Shown: positions 1 through 10,127 of the stretch, piece after piece
Position numbering within the stretch: position 1 is the stretch's first letter
Layout of the letters: every line of letters starts with the position of its first letter
Assembly: GCA_965204575.1 (NCBI GenBank)
Contig: OZ241993.1
Location: 1,280,001 to 1,344,000, forward strand
Source of the DNA: an uncultured candidatus Porisulfidus sp.
GTDB taxonomy: Bacteria; Pseudomonadota; Gammaproteobacteria; Poriferisulfidales; Poriferisulfidaceae
Direction of reading: 5' to 3'
DNA: 64,000 bases
Made by a program: the position numbers and the translations under genes
Notes under the pieces: generated by a model
The model's database searches: none
Told to the model about the DNA's origin: nothing
Seen by the model: the letters and a program-made list of their open reading frames with translations, nothing else

Positions 1-389
1 AGATTACGCCGGAGTCGAAGCAGGACCTCGCCCGGCCGGTCTTCCTCGGCGGCCCGGTGCAGCCGAACCTGGGTTTCGGGCTGTACTCGGGAACCTACGA
101 AATGTTGGACAGCGCGGAGATCGACGACCGGGTCCGGGTCACGGCGTCCCGTTCCCTGCTGGAGCACTGCGCGGTCGGCAAGGGACCGGAGAACCTGCTG
201 GTGACGATGGGCTATTCCGGTTGGTCCCCCGGGCAGCTGGAGCAGGAAGTGGATACCGGCTCGTGGTGGCTGACCTCGCCGTCGCCGGAGTTGCTGTTCG
301 ACCTGCCCCCGGAGCGCCGCTGGGGCAAGGCGCTCGAGCAGTTGGGCCTGGAGGAGTCGTCCCTGTATTTCGGAAGCGGGCATGCCTGA
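1..389 (+). CDS. yqgE: YqgE/AlgH family protein (5' end lies outside the window)
   Basis: Frame is open from the window start (VFLGGPVQP...GYSGWSPGQLEQE...GHA); classic position upstream of ruvX. Confidence 0.9.
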   Translation, partial: ITPESKQDLARPVFLGGPVQPNLGFGLYSGTYEMLDSAEIDDRVRVTASRSLLEHCAVGKGPENLLVTMGYSGWSPGQLEQEVDTGSWWLTSPSPELLFDLPPERRWGKALEQLGLEESSLYFGSGHA

Positions 390-834
390 CGCGTATAAGG
401 TGGCCTTGGGATTTGATTTTGGATTGGCCCGGATTGGCGTGGCGGTGGGCTCCCTGGAGGTCGCGACCGCCCGCGGGCTGGACGTGGTCGCCAACCGCGA
501 CGGTGCCGTCGACTGGCCGGAGATCGACCGCTTGATCCAGACCTGGCGCCCGAGCGTGCTGGTGGTGGGCGAGCCGGAGGCGCAGACCGGGTCCGGCGAC
601 CGCTTGCCCCGCGCGCTGCGCCGGTTCTGCACCGAATTGGGGTCCCGCTACGAATTGCCGGTGGCCCGGGTCAACGAGGATTACTCTTCCGAGTGCGCCC
701 GCGCCGAGTTGCGCGCACAGCGCCAGGAGGGGGCCCGGAAAAAGCTCGCGCGGGGTGAAACTGATAAGATGGCCGCCGCCTATATCCTGAATGCCTGGCT
801 GTCGGAGCAGCATGTCATCGCACGAGAGGGTTGA
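382..834 (+). CDS. ruvX: Holliday junction resolvase-like RuvX/YqgF
   Basis: LGFDFGLARIGVAVG, VVGEP, NEDYSS and DKMAAAYIL motifs; synteny. Confidence 0.92.
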   Translation: MPDAYKVALGFDFGLARIGVAVGSLEVATARGLDVVANRDGAVDWPEIDRLIQTWRPSVLVVGEPEAQTGSGDRLPRALRRFCTELGSRYELPVARVNEDYSSECARAELRAQRQEGARKKLARGETDKMAAAYILNAWLSEQHVIAREG

Positions 835-1348
835 CGTCGGTGCCGTACTCGCCCATCTCGGCGATTCTGTTAAATCCTTTCTGACCACCCGCGGAATCGG
901 TTTGCCGGTTTTCGTCGGCATCCACACCGGCGGCGTGTGGGTGGCCGAGGCGCTGCACGCGCACTGTGCGGTCGCCGAGCCGCTGGGCATGCTGGACGTC
1001 AGTTACCACCGCGACGATGTCGCCCGCACCGGGGTGCGGCCGCTGAAGCCGGTCCGCATGCCGGCGTCGCTGGACGACCGGCATGTCCTGTTGATCGACG
1101 ACGTGCTGTTCACCGGCCGGACGACCCGCGCGGCACTCAACGAACTGTTCGAATACGGCCGTCCGGCCTCGGTTTCGCTGGCGGTGCTGGTGGAGCGGCC
1201 GGGGCGGGAGATTCCGGTGGCGCCGGACCTGGCTGGAATGCGCTTGGAACTGGGCCCGGAAGACCGGGTCAAGCTTCAGGGCCCGGAGCCCATGGAACTG
1301 GTGATTACGCGGCCCAACGACTCGTTGCTGGAAGAGCCCGGCCGGTGA
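812..1348 (+). CDS. pyrR: Bifunctional pyr regulator/uracil phosphoribosyltransferase
   Basis: [40 protein letters not shown]. Confidence 0.93.
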   Translation: MSSHERVDVGAVLAHLGDSVKSFLTTRGIGLPVFVGIHTGGVWVAEALHAHCAVAEPLGMLDVSYHRDDVARTGVRPLKPVRMPASLDDRHVLLIDDVLFTGRTTRAALNELFEYGRPASVSLAVLVERPGREIPVAPDLAGMRLELGPEDRVKLQGPEPMELVITRPNDSLLEEPGR

Positions 1349-2340
1349 GTTCGACCCAGCCGACACTGTTTCGGTTGCCGCCTGCGGCGCAGTATCAGTT
1401 GGACGGGGAAGGGCGCTTGCGCCACTTCCTGACCATCGAGGGATTGCCGGTGGCGCTCCTGGAAGAGATCCTGAGTACCGCAGAGTCGTTCCATACGGCT
1501 TCGGACCAGACGGCGCGGAAGGTTCCGCTGCTCCGCGGCAAGACCATCGTCAACCTGTTCTTCGAGGCGAGCACCCGCACCCGCACCACGTTCGAACTCG
1601 CGGCCAAACGCCTGTCCGCCGACGTGCTCAACCTGGACATGGCCACCGCCGCCACGACCAAGGGCGAGAGCCTGCTGGACACCCTGCGCAACCTCGAGGC
1701 GATGCACTGCGACATGTTCGTGGTCCGCCATCACCAGAGCGGCGCGGCGCATTTCATCGTCCGCCACGTCGCCGAGCACATCAGCGTCATCAATGCGGGT
1801 GACGGCCGGCATGCGCACCCGACCCAGGCCATGCTCGACATGTTTACCTTGCGCCAGCATTTCCCGGATTTCAGCGCCATCGCGGTCGTGATCGTCGGCG
1901 ACATCCTGCATTCGCGGGTGGCGCGCTCCGAGATTCAGGCCTTGCGCACCTTGGGGGTCGGCGAGATCCGGGTGATCGCGCCGCGGACCCTGCTGCCGCG
2001 CGAGGCGACCAGCTTGGGTGTGATTCCGTTCAAGTCCATGGAGGAAGGCTTGGCCGGGGCGCAGGCGGTGATCATGCTGCGCCTGCAGAAGGAGCGGATG
2101 CACGGCAGTTTCGTGCCGAGCGAGGCTGAATATTACCGGTTTTACGGCTTGACCCGGGCACGGGTGGAGTTGCTGGCGGAGGACGGGATCGTGATGCATC
2201 CGGGTCCCGTCAACCGCGGGGTGGAAATCGAGTCGGCCGTGGTGGATGGGCCTCGCTCGGTAATCCTGAAACAGGTCCGGAACGGGATTGCGGTGCGCAT
2301 GGCGATCCTGTCCATGGCGATGCGGAGGCATGCCTGGTAA
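1345..2340 (+). CDS. pyrB: Aspartate carbamoyltransferase catalytic subunit
   Basis: [44 protein letters not shown]; GTG start overlaps the pyrR stop. Confidence 0.96.
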   Translation: MSSTQPTLFRLPPAAQYQLDGEGRLRHFLTIEGLPVALLEEILSTAESFHTASDQTARKVPLLRGKTIVNLFFEASTRTRTTFELAAKRLSADVLNLDMATAATTKGESLLDTLRNLEAMHCDMFVVRHHQSGAAHFIVRHVAEHISVINAGDGRHAHPTQAMLDMFTLRQHFPDFSAIAVVIVGDILHSRVARSEIQALRTLGVGEIRVIAPRTLLPREATSLGVIPFKSMEEGLAGAQAVIMLRLQKERMHGSFVPSEAEYYRFYGLTRARVELLAEDGIVMHPGPVNRGVEIESAVVDGPRSVILKQVRNGIAVRMAILSMAMRRHAW

Positions 2341-3623
2341 TGCGCCTGGCGGTACGCGGAGGATACGTTCTCGACCCGGCCGGCGGGACGGATGCGGTGC
2401 GCGACGTGTTCTGTGCCCGCGGGAAGATCGTCGGGCTGGGGACGGCGACGGAAGAGTTCGAGGCGGAACAGGTCGTGGATGCCCAAGGCTGCCTGGTGAT
2501 GCCGGGCGCGGTGGATCTTGCGGTCTGCCTCAACCCGATGGGCGAGCAGCGCGCCAGCGTGGAAAGCGAGACCCGGGCCGCGGTGGCGGGCGGCGTGACC
2601 ACGGTCTGCTCGGTGGCCGAGACGCAGCCGATCCCGGACTCGCCGGCAGCAGTGCGGCTGCTGATGGAGCAGGCGCAACAGGCCGGTTTCGCTCGGCTGG
2701 AAACCTTGGGCGCGGCCATGCACGGGCTGGGAGACACCCAGCTGGCCAGTCTGGGTGCGCTGCGCGAAGCGGGCTGTGTCGGGGTCAGCAACGGGACGCG
2801 GCCCTACGCCAACCTGCTGGTGCTGTGCCGGGCCATGGAGTATGCGGCGAGCCAGGACCTGACCCTGTTCTACCACCCTCTGGATCATGCCTTGGCGGGC
2901 CAGGGCTGCGCGCATGAAGGCACTTTTGCGGCCCGGCTGGGTCTGCCGGGGATCCTGCCGGCGGCGGAAACCGCCGCCCTGGCACAGATGACGGCCTTGG
3001 TGCAGGATACCGGCGCGCGGGTCCACTTCTGCCGCCTTTCCTGTGCGCAGGCGGTGGACATGCTGGAAATCGGGCGGCAGGCGGGATTGCCGGTGACGGC
3101 GGATGTGGCGGTGCATCAGTTGTTCCTGACGGAAGAGGCCGTGGAAGGGTTCGAGGTCAATGCGCTGGTCAGCCCGCCCCTGCGCACCGAACATGACCGG
3201 CAGCGTCTGCGCGAAGGCGTACGGGATGGAGTGATCCAGGCGATTTGCTCGGATCACCAGCCGCTGGACCCGGATTCGAAGATGGCGCCGTTTCCCGAGG
3301 CCCGGCCCGGCATCTCGGGGATTGAGACGTTGTTGCCGCTGACCATGGAGTTGGTGACCGAGGAGATCCTCACGCGGGCGACCGCGGTGGAACGGCTGAC
3401 GGCAGGCCCGGCCGAGATCCTGGGGCGCAACACGGGGACGTTGGCTGTCGGAGCACCGGCGGATCTTTGCGTGGTGCGGCTGGACAACCCTTGGACTTTT
3501 GACGTGGAAGCAATGCTGAGTGCGGGACGGAACACGCCGTTCGACGGCTGGCAGTTCCATGACCGGGTGCAGGCGACCATTTGCGGCGGCCGCATCGTCT
3601 ACGAGCGGGAAGGAGAGGCGTAA
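2340..3623 (+). CDS. pyrC: Dihydroorotase-like protein (probably inactive PyrC' ATCase partner)
   Basis: Amidohydrolase fold (AAVAGGVTTV, PPLR, CSDHQP, NTPFDG); the HxH metal motif reads DLAVCL. Confidence 0.85.
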   Translation: MRLAVRGGYVLDPAGGTDAVRDVFCARGKIVGLGTATEEFEAEQVVDAQGCLVMPGAVDLAVCLNPMGEQRASVESETRAAVAGGVTTVCSVAETQPIPDSPAAVRLLMEQAQQAGFARLETLGAAMHGLGDTQLASLGALREAGCVGVSNGTRPYANLLVLCRAMEYAASQDLTLFYHPLDHALAGQGCAHEGTFAARLGLPGILPAAETAALAQMTALVQDTGARVHFCRLSCAQAVDMLEIGRQAGLPVTADVAVHQLFLTEEAVEGFEVNALVSPPLRTEHDRQRLREGVRDGVIQAICSDHQPLDPDSKMAPFPEARPGISGIETLLPLTMELVTEEILTRATAVERLTAGPAEILGRNTGTLAVGAPADLCVVRLDNPWTFDVEAMLSAGRNTPFDGWQFHDRVQATICGGRIVYEREGEA

Positions 3624-4507
3624 TGGAGGAATTCCGCAACGTCATCCACAGCCTTGACGCCCAGGTCGTCCAGGTGCGCCATCTGGAAGCGGATCAGCAC
3701 GCGCTGGTGATTAATGCGCCGGCGATCGCCGAATCCGCCACGCCGGGCAGTTTTGTTCACTTGGGTGTGCATGCCGAGCCACTCATGATGCGCCGCCCGC
3801 TTTCCATCCTGTGGAGCGACCCGGAGCGCGGGACGCTCGAGGTGCTGTACAAGGTGGTCGGAAAAGGGACGGAGGGACTGGCGCGTGTTCAGGAAGGCGA
3901 GACGCTGCCGGCGCTCGGTCCGATCGGGCGGGGGTTCCAGGTCGAACCGGACCGGGATCACCCCCTGTTGATCGGAGGCGGGGTTGGAATCCCGCCGATC
4001 CTGTTCCTGGCTCGCGAAATCAAGGAGCACACCGTGCCGCTGGTGGTGATGGGGTCGGAAATTCCCTTTCCATTTGCAAGCCGCCCCTCGACCATCCGGG
4101 TCCCGGGAATGCCGGACGGTGCCATCGCGGGCATGAGCCTGCTGGAGGACTGGGGAGTCGCTTCCCGCTTGTGTTCCACCCAGGGTTACGCCGGTTGCTA
4201 TGACGGCTATGTCGATGCGGCCGCCCGGATGTGGCTTGAGACCCAGACCCCGGAACAACGTGCGCGGGTCGCTGTCTATACCTGCGGGCCGGTGCCGATG
4301 CTGGAAGCGGTGGCCCGGCTGATGCAGGAGTTCGATGTGCCGTGCCAGGTCTGCATGGAGGAATACATGGCGTGCGCGGTGGGAGGGTGCGCGGGTTGCA
4401 CGGTTCCGGTGTTGGGTGAAAACGGTTGGGCCATGAAGCGGGTGTGCGTGGACGGTCCGGTGTTCGATGCGCAGGCGGTGTTTCCGGAGGAAGGTTGCCG
4501 CCTATAA
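3623..4507 (+). CDS. pyrK: Dihydroorotate dehydrogenase electron transfer subunit
   Basis: RRPLSI, GGGVGIPP, CGPVPM, MACAVGGCAGC...CVDGPVF 2Fe-2S motif. Confidence 0.9.
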   Translation: MEEFRNVIHSLDAQVVQVRHLEADQHALVINAPAIAESATPGSFVHLGVHAEPLMMRRPLSILWSDPERGTLEVLYKVVGKGTEGLARVQEGETLPALGPIGRGFQVEPDRDHPLLIGGGVGIPPILFLAREIKEHTVPLVVMGSEIPFPFASRPSTIRVPGMPDGAIAGMSLLEDWGVASRLCSTQGYAGCYDGYVDAAARMWLETQTPEQRARVAVYTCGPVPMLEAVARLMQEFDVPCQVCMEEYMACAVGGCAGCTVPVLGENGWAMKRVCVDGPVFDAQAVFPEEGCRL

Positions 4508-4550
4508 TGCGAGGTTTAGAGGTTTTGCCGCCATCGCGAGCGGAGAACAC

Positions 4551-5390
4551 ATGCCTGAAAGTGCACGAATCCTTCTGATCGGGGGCGGCAACATGGGCCG
4601 CTCGCTGGTGGGCGGCTTGATCCGTTCCGGCTGGGAAGCCGGCGACATCACGGTCTCCGATCCCGATCCGCAGTCCCACCAGGCGCTGGCCGCCAATTTC
4701 GGCCTGATGCAGCTGTACTACGAGAATTCGCTGGCCTACTCCCGGGCTTCCGCGGATATCGTGCTGTTCGCGACCAAGCCCGACAAGTTGCCGACGACCG
4801 CCACTGAACTGGCGCCCTGGATGGTGACGGATAATCCATTGCTAATCACCATTGCGGCCGGTGTGCGCGCGGACGACCTGGCACGTTGGACAGGGGGGCA
4901 TTGCCCGGTGGTGCGCGTCATGCCGAACACGCCGGCATTGGTCGGTGCCGGGATGAGCGCCTTGTATGCGCGGGAGGATGTTTCCGATGCCCAGCGTGCG
5001 CTTGCGGGCAGAATCATGGAGAGCGTCGGGAAGGTTCTCTGGGTGCAGGACGAGGCCCTGATGGATGCTGCGACTGCGGTTTCGGGTAGCGGGCCCGCCT
5101 ATTTCTTCCTGTTCATGCAGGCGATGATCGAGGGGGCATGCCGTATGGGGCTCGACGAAGTGCAGGCTCGCCTGCTGGTGCTGGAGACGGCTCGTGGAGC
5201 CCAGGAACTGGCGAGTGCCTCGGAGGACTCCCTGCAGGAGCTTTGCCGAAAGGTGACGTCCAAGGGCGGGACAACCGCAGCCGCCCTGAACGTGCTGGAA
5301 GGGGCAGGTTTTGAGGCCTTGATTCTCGATGCGCTTGAGGCCGCGCGCCGACGGGCCGAGGAACTGGGCGACGAAAACGGCCGGGCCTGA
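4551..5390 (+). CDS. proC: Pyrroline-5-carboxylate reductase
   Basis: IGGGNMG, RVMPNTPA, TAVSGSGPAY, VTSKGGTT. Confidence 0.96.
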   Translation: MPESARILLIGGGNMGRSLVGGLIRSGWEAGDITVSDPDPQSHQALAANFGLMQLYYENSLAYSRASADIVLFATKPDKLPTTATELAPWMVTDNPLLITIAAGVRADDLARWTGGHCPVVRVMPNTPALVGAGMSALYAREDVSDAQRALAGRIMESVGKVLWVQDEALMDAATAVSGSGPAYFFLFMQAMIEGACRMGLDEVQARLLVLETARGAQELASASEDSLQELCRKVTSKGGTTAAALNVLEGAGFEALILDALEAARRRAEELGDENGRA

Positions 5391-5932
5391 TGGAAGACCT
5401 GATCCAATTCCTGTTGACTCTGTATCTGTACGGGATCCTAATTCGGTTGCTGCTCACGTTTCACCAAGCGGACTTTTACAACCCGATCTCGCAGGTGCTG
5501 GCGCGGGTGACCGATCCGGTGTACCAGCCGGTTCGACGCGTCGTGCCGTCGGCCCGGGGTTGGGACCTCGCCTTGCTTGCGATCGCATTGGTTCTGAAAT
5601 TAATCAGCCTCTACATCGGTGGGGCCATGGAAATAGGGGTTTCGGTCCTGGGCCTGGTGCTGTTCGCGTTGACCCAGATCGTCGGGATGATGCTGAACAT
5701 CTACCTGATCTCCCTGATCGTGGTGGTCATTGCCAGCTGGGTGCGGCTGTCGGCTGGCGCGGATCAGTTCCTAAGCTTGGTGCGCAGCCTGACGACCCCG
5801 ATGCTCATGCGGATTCGCGGGGTGCTGCCGGATACGGGAATACTGGACTTGTCCCCCATGGTGGCCTTGTTCGGGCTGTATTTCCTGCAGAGCGGGCTGC
5901 ATCAGATTGGCCGATGGGGGCTCGGGATCTGA
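5390..5932 (+). CDS. yggT: YggT family membrane protein
   Basis: ADFYNPISQ...TDP and LDLSP repeats; follows proC. Confidence 0.9.
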   Translation: MEDLIQFLLTLYLYGILIRLLLTFHQADFYNPISQVLARVTDPVYQPVRRVVPSARGWDLALLAIALVLKLISLYIGGAMEIGVSVLGLVLFALTQIVGMMLNIYLISLIVVVIASWVRLSAGADQFLSLVRSLTTPMLMRIRGVLPDTGILDLSPMVALFGLYFLQSGLHQIGRWGLGI

Positions 5933-5957
5933 CCGGAAGGCTTGTGCTCTAAATGCG

Positions 5958-6938
5958 TTACCCGATGGAGCCCAACCAGTTGTAAAACAGTTGCCGGGAG
6001 ACATCCTTCCATGAGTGGCGCATCTCACATGCAAGCGCTTCCTCCGGAAATTCCTCGATCAACCCCGCATCTCCGCTTCTCGGCAGGGCATCCTCACGAA
6101 AGGCTCCCGCAAGGTCGGCTGCAGGATCGCTGAACGTGTTGTCTGGCAGGGGCGGGTAGCCCTCGCGCTCTTTGTTCAAGTAGCGCAGAACCTCGCGCTT
6201 GTACTCCTTCAGTAGGCTGACGGCTTCGTACTCGGGGTGCCCCTGGAAATAGAGCCGGCGACCGTCCGGCTCCACGGCCATCTGTACGCCGGGCACGGGT
6301 CCCGTAACCAGAACCTGCACGCCGCGTTCCCGAAGGTTCTCTTCCGGGACATCATTGAAGCGTGAATGCGGCATCTCGAAATGGCCCGGAAGATTGGCGA
6401 CCAGGGGGTGGTCGGGTTCGCAGACCGAATGATCGAAAATGCCCCAACGCTTGTGCGGCAGGTGGCGGCGGGCGACGCCATGAAAGATCAAGGCGGAAGC
6501 ATGTGCGGCAAGGCAGGAGCAGACCACCGGCAGGCGGCGATCGTCGGCCTGTTTCAGCACGGTGGCCAGACCGTCCCAAAAGGGCTCGCTCGTCAGGTCG
6601 GGCTTGGTGACGTTGGCTCCGGTAATAATCAAAGCGTCTAGGCCCGTGTTGCCGATCTCCGCGCAGTCCCGGTAGTACTGCTGGAGATGCTCGCGGCCTC
6701 CTTCCTCGCGGGGGATACCCTCGATCGTGAAGGGATGCACGGCGCAGAAACGTTCATCGTGGCTGTCCAGAAGTCGCAGAAACTGTCGCTCGGTCGCGGC
6801 CAGCGCGCGGTCCGGCATCATGTTGAGCAGGCCGACATTCAAACGGGTGGCATGTTCCGGGGTCTGCTCGGCAACCCGGGCGCCTTGTTCAGCAATCCGG
6901 TCCAGGCTGGGCAGGTCCTGCAGGCGAAGCAGGGGCAT
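5958..6938 (-). CDS. metA: Homoserine O-succinyl/acetyltransferase (MetA family)
   Basis: GLLNMMPD, LIITGA, SCLAAHA, MPHSRFN, QGHPEY. Confidence 0.9.
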   Translation of the reverse strand: MPLLRLQDLPSLDRIAEQGARVAEQTPEHATRLNVGLLNMMPDRALAATERQFLRLLDSHDERFCAVHPFTIEGIPREEGGREHLQQYYRDCAEIGNTGLDALIITGANVTKPDLTSEPFWDGLATVLKQADDRRLPVVCSCLAAHASALIFHGVARRHLPHKRWGIFDHSVCEPDHPLVANLPGHFEMPHSRFNDVPEENLRERGVQVLVTGPVPGVQMAVEPDGRRLYFQGHPEYEAVSLLKEYKREVLRYLNKEREGYPPLPDNTFSDPAADLAGAFREDALPRSGDAGLIEEFPEEALACEMRHSWKDVSRQLFYNWLGSIG

Positions 6939-6943
6939 GGGGG

Positions 6944-7789
6944 CTAGCCCGCGCGTTCGATGGCTTGGGCGATCAGGTCGACGAAATCATTGGCGTTCCG
7001 CACGCGGCTGACTTCGTCCATGCTGACGGTGTACCCGTATTCGGCGGCAATGCTCTGGTAACGCTCCAGGCGGTCCCGCGACAGCCTCGGGAAGGCCCAG
7101 CGGGTGAAATCGTCGGGGTTGATGTCTTGGAAATCGCCCAGGCTATGCTCGGCCATGAAATCCTCGATCGCCTGATCCAGGAAGGCCTCCGGATAGTAGA
7201 GGGGTTTGGGGCTTTTCGCCTGGCGCTTGCAGAGTTCCTCGATGTGCGGGTCGTCGGCATGGATGTACAGAATCAGGGTGTGTTCGGCCAGCAGGTCGAA
7301 CACGTCCGGCCTTTGCAGTTCGCACAGGCTGCCGCCGGCATCGTTCACGAGGTGCGGATAGCCGTAGATCTCCTGCCCTTTGCGGATGAAATCCGGGACA
7401 TCCTGCATGGCCTTGATTTCGGCTTCGTGATGGAGCCGCAGGCGGTTCTTGAATTCCTCCAGCGACAGCCCGCCGAGCCCGGAATTTCCGGGTTTGCCGA
7501 GAAAGGTCGAGACCGGCTCCAGGTTGCTGACGGTGAGATTGTTGGAGATGTAGATGGAGTCCGAGCGCAGCAGGTCCGCCAGGAACGGCACCTCCATCAT
7601 CTTCGACTTGAGGTTGTCGAGGATGTTCTCGCTGAGGTAGCGGGTGCCGATCCGGTAGTCCCCGGAGTAGTGGAACCACTGCGTCTTGTCCAGCCGCTCG
7701 GAAAGCCGGGTCTTGCCCACGCCGGACATGCCGAGCAAGGTGACGGCCTTGTGCGGGAGGGCGCGGAATTCGGCGGCGGTCAGGCGCAT
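6944..7789 (-). CDS. Uncharacterised P-loop ATPase/kinase-fold protein
   Basis: Walker A GMSGVGKT, DYRIGTRYL, NDAGGSLCE; ends 5 bp before metA. Confidence 0.75.
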   Translation of the reverse strand: MRLTAAEFRALPHKAVTLLGMSGVGKTRLSERLDKTQWFHYSGDYRIGTRYLSENILDNLKSKMMEVPFLADLLRSDSIYISNNLTVSNLEPVSTFLGKPGNSGLGGLSLEEFKNRLRLHHEAEIKAMQDVPDFIRKGQEIYGYPHLVNDAGGSLCELQRPDVFDLLAEHTLILYIHADDPHIEELCKRQAKSPKPLYYPEAFLDQAIEDFMAEHSLGDFQDINPDDFTRWAFPRLSRDRLERYQSIAAEYGYTVSMDEVSRVRNANDFVDLIAQAIERAG

Positions 7790-7817
7790 GGCAATAGGGG
7801 AACTGGCGGTTCCAGGC

Positions 7818-9254
7818 TCAGAGGGACGGCGAGCGGACGACCATCAGTTTGTCGACCTGCATGTCCTCGTAAGTGTAAGGGATACCGCCCACGCCGTGGC
7901 CGGACTGCTTGAGGCCGGCAAAAGGCATCCAGTCGACCCGGAACGCGGTGTGGTTGTTGATCATCACCGCGGCGGCTTCCAACTGGTGGTAGCAGTGCAG
8001 GGCGGTGTCGATGTTCTGGCTGAATACGGCGGCCTGGAACGAATACGGTCCGTCGTTCGCCTGCGCGATGGCGGCGTCGATGTCGTCGAAGCCGTACACG
8101 CAGATCACCGGTCCAAACACCTCGTGGGCGCTGACCTTGGCATCGGCCGGAGGGTTCAGCAGCACGGTCGGCTGGTAGGCGGTGTCCGACAGTCGCTGGC
8201 CTCCGCTGACGAGTTGCGCTCCCGCGTCCACGGCTTCCTGGACCCAGGCTTCGACCCGGTCCACTTCCGCCGGCCGGATCAGGGGGCCGATTTCCGTGTC
8301 GGCTTCGGTCGGATCGCCCACTTTCATGTTGTTGCCCAGTTCGGCCAGCCCTTCGGCAATGCGCTGGGCGATGCTCTGGTCGGCGTAGACTCGCTGGACC
8401 GATACGCAGACCTGTCCGGCATGGTAGAACCCGCCCTTGGCCATCAGGGGCAGGGCGTCGTCGATATCGGCATCCGCCGCCACGATGACCGGGGCGATGC
8501 CGCCGTGCTCCAGCGCGCAGCGCGCGCCGGGCGCCAGCTTCGAGCGCAACATCCAGCCGACGTCGCCGCTTCCGATGAAACTGAAAAACGCCACCCGGGG
8601 ATCTCCGACCATTTGCCCGGCGACCGCGTGATCGCCCAGGTTGATGGCCTGCACGTAGCCTTCGGGAAGCCCGGCCTGATGCAGCATTTCGACGAAGCGC
8701 ATGCACGACAGGGGCGTATCGAGTGCCGGCTTGATGATGGCGGGGCATCCGGAAGCGAGGGCGGGGCCGACCTGGTGCACGATCAAATTGAGCGGGTGGT
8801 TGAATGCGGAGAATGCCAGCACCACGCCGATCGGATACTTGCGGGTCAGTGCCATGTGGTGGGCCGACGCGGCATTCAGGTTCATCGGGATTTCCTGGCC
8901 TGCCTCGGTGCGCATGATTTCCACGCAACTGTGCATGCCGTCGATTGCCCGGGCCACTTCGACCTTGGAATCCGGCAAGGGCTTGCCGCCTTCGCGGGCT
9001 GCTTCCACGGCCAGTTCTTCGCTGCGCGCAGCCATCAACTGCGCGGTTTTCTCCAGCACCTCGATGCGTTTCGCGGGCGGCAGCCAGCGCGACTTGTCCT
9101 GGTAGATCGCAAAGGCAGTCGCTAGAACCTGGTCGGCCTGCTGGCTGTTGACGATGTCGACGGTGCCAATGGGCGAGCGGTCCCAAGGAGCGTAGACGGT
9201 CGCCTGCTCGGCGCAGGCCCCGATGCCGGGAGCAAAAGCGGAGTAGTGTTCCAT
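7818..9254 (-). CDS. Aldehyde dehydrogenase family protein
   Basis: FNHP, FIGS, LEHGG, GQVCVS, EVFGP, PFAGLKQSG. Confidence 0.92.
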   Translation of the reverse strand: MEHYSAFAPGIGACAEQATVYAPWDRSPIGTVDIVNSQQADQVLATAFAIYQDKSRWLPPAKRIEVLEKTAQLMAARSEELAVEAAREGGKPLPDSKVEVARAIDGMHSCVEIMRTEAGQEIPMNLNAASAHHMALTRKYPIGVVLAFSAFNHPLNLIVHQVGPALASGCPAIIKPALDTPLSCMRFVEMLHQAGLPEGYVQAINLGDHAVAGQMVGDPRVAFFSFIGSGDVGWMLRSKLAPGARCALEHGGIAPVIVAADADIDDALPLMAKGGFYHAGQVCVSVQRVYADQSIAQRIAEGLAELGNNMKVGDPTEADTEIGPLIRPAEVDRVEAWVQEAVDAGAQLVSGGQRLSDTAYQPTVLLNPPADAKVSAHEVFGPVICVYGFDDIDAAIAQANDGPYSFQAAVFSQNIDTALHCYHQLEAAAVMINNHTAFRVDWMPFAGLKQSGHGVGGIPYTYEDMQVDKLMVVRSPSL

Positions 9255-9338
9255 GAGGCTAGGAGCAATGGAAAAAGCCCATTTTAAACCAAGTATTCCC
9301 GCGTCTTGCAGTGCGAGGCGGCTTGTAGGGCAGCCCAG

Positions 9339-10127
9339 TCAGCCCGAAAAAGAAAAGAATTCCTGTGCGCACGCCTGCGTATGGCGGGCGAATTCGTCCA
9401 GGCTCAGGCCCCGGGCCTCAGCGATCTGTTCGGCGATATGGGGCAGCCACATGGGCTCATTGCGGCGAGTTCGGGGGCGCGGGCGCAGCGTGCGGGGCAA
9501 TAGATAGGGCGCATCCGTTTCAATCATCAGGCGGTCCAATGGAATCTCTCCGATCAGGTCTCTGAGCGACTGTCCTCGGCGCTCGTCGCAGAACCAGCCG
9601 GTGACGCCGATGTATATGCCGCGCTCAAGACAGGCGTGCAGCAAAGACCGTTCTCCAGTGAAGCAATGCAGGACGGCGCGCGGTGGGCGGCTGGCCACGT
9701 TATCGAAAACCTGCAGGAAATCCTCGTCCGCATCGCGGTTGTGCATGAGCACGGGCAGACCCAATTCGCCTGCCAGTTCCAGTTGTTCCGAGAAAACGGC
9801 AATCTGTGTTTTGCGAGGCGACAGGTCCCGGTAGTAGTCCAGCCCGCACTCGCCGATGGCGATGACTTTGGGGTCTTGCTGGAGGCCACGCAGGATTTCG
9901 GCGCTGTCGGAGCCCCATTCACGCGCCTGATGCGGATGTACGCCGACTGCCGCCCAGCAGTCGGGGTAGCGCTGCGCGGTCGAAACGCACGCCCGGCTCT
10001 CGGCAAGGTCCGCGCCGGCCAGAAGAAACCGGGTGACGCCAGCTTCCCGGGCCCGCTGCAGGACCTCTTCCTGATCGTTTGCGAACGACTCGTGGGTCAG
10101 GTTGCAGCAGATGTCAGTGAGCATCAA
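9339..10127 (-). CDS. tatD: TatD family nuclease
   Basis: GVHPH, AIGECGLDY, HCFTG, ETDAPYL, RNEP. Confidence 0.92.
   Translation of the reverse strand: MMLTDICCNLTHESFANDQEEVLQRAREAGVTRFLLAGADLAESRACVSTAQRYPDCWAAVGVHPHQAREWGSDSAEILRGLQQDPKVIAIGECGLDYYRDLSPRKTQIAVFSEQLELAGELGLPVLMHNRDADEDFLQVFDNVASRPPRAVLHCFTGERSLLHACLERGIYIGVTGWFCDERRGQSLRDLIGEIPLDRLMIETDAPYLLPRTLRPRPRTRRNEPMWLPHIAEQIAEARGLSLDEFARHTQACAQEFFSFSG

Noticed and set aside
7686-9186. Long alternative-frame and antisense ORFs over the aldehyde dehydrogenase (similar ones over pyrC, nrdB, metG, eno, hflX, lnt)
   Set aside because: Shadow ORFs expected in high-GC coding DNA; no recognisable motifs
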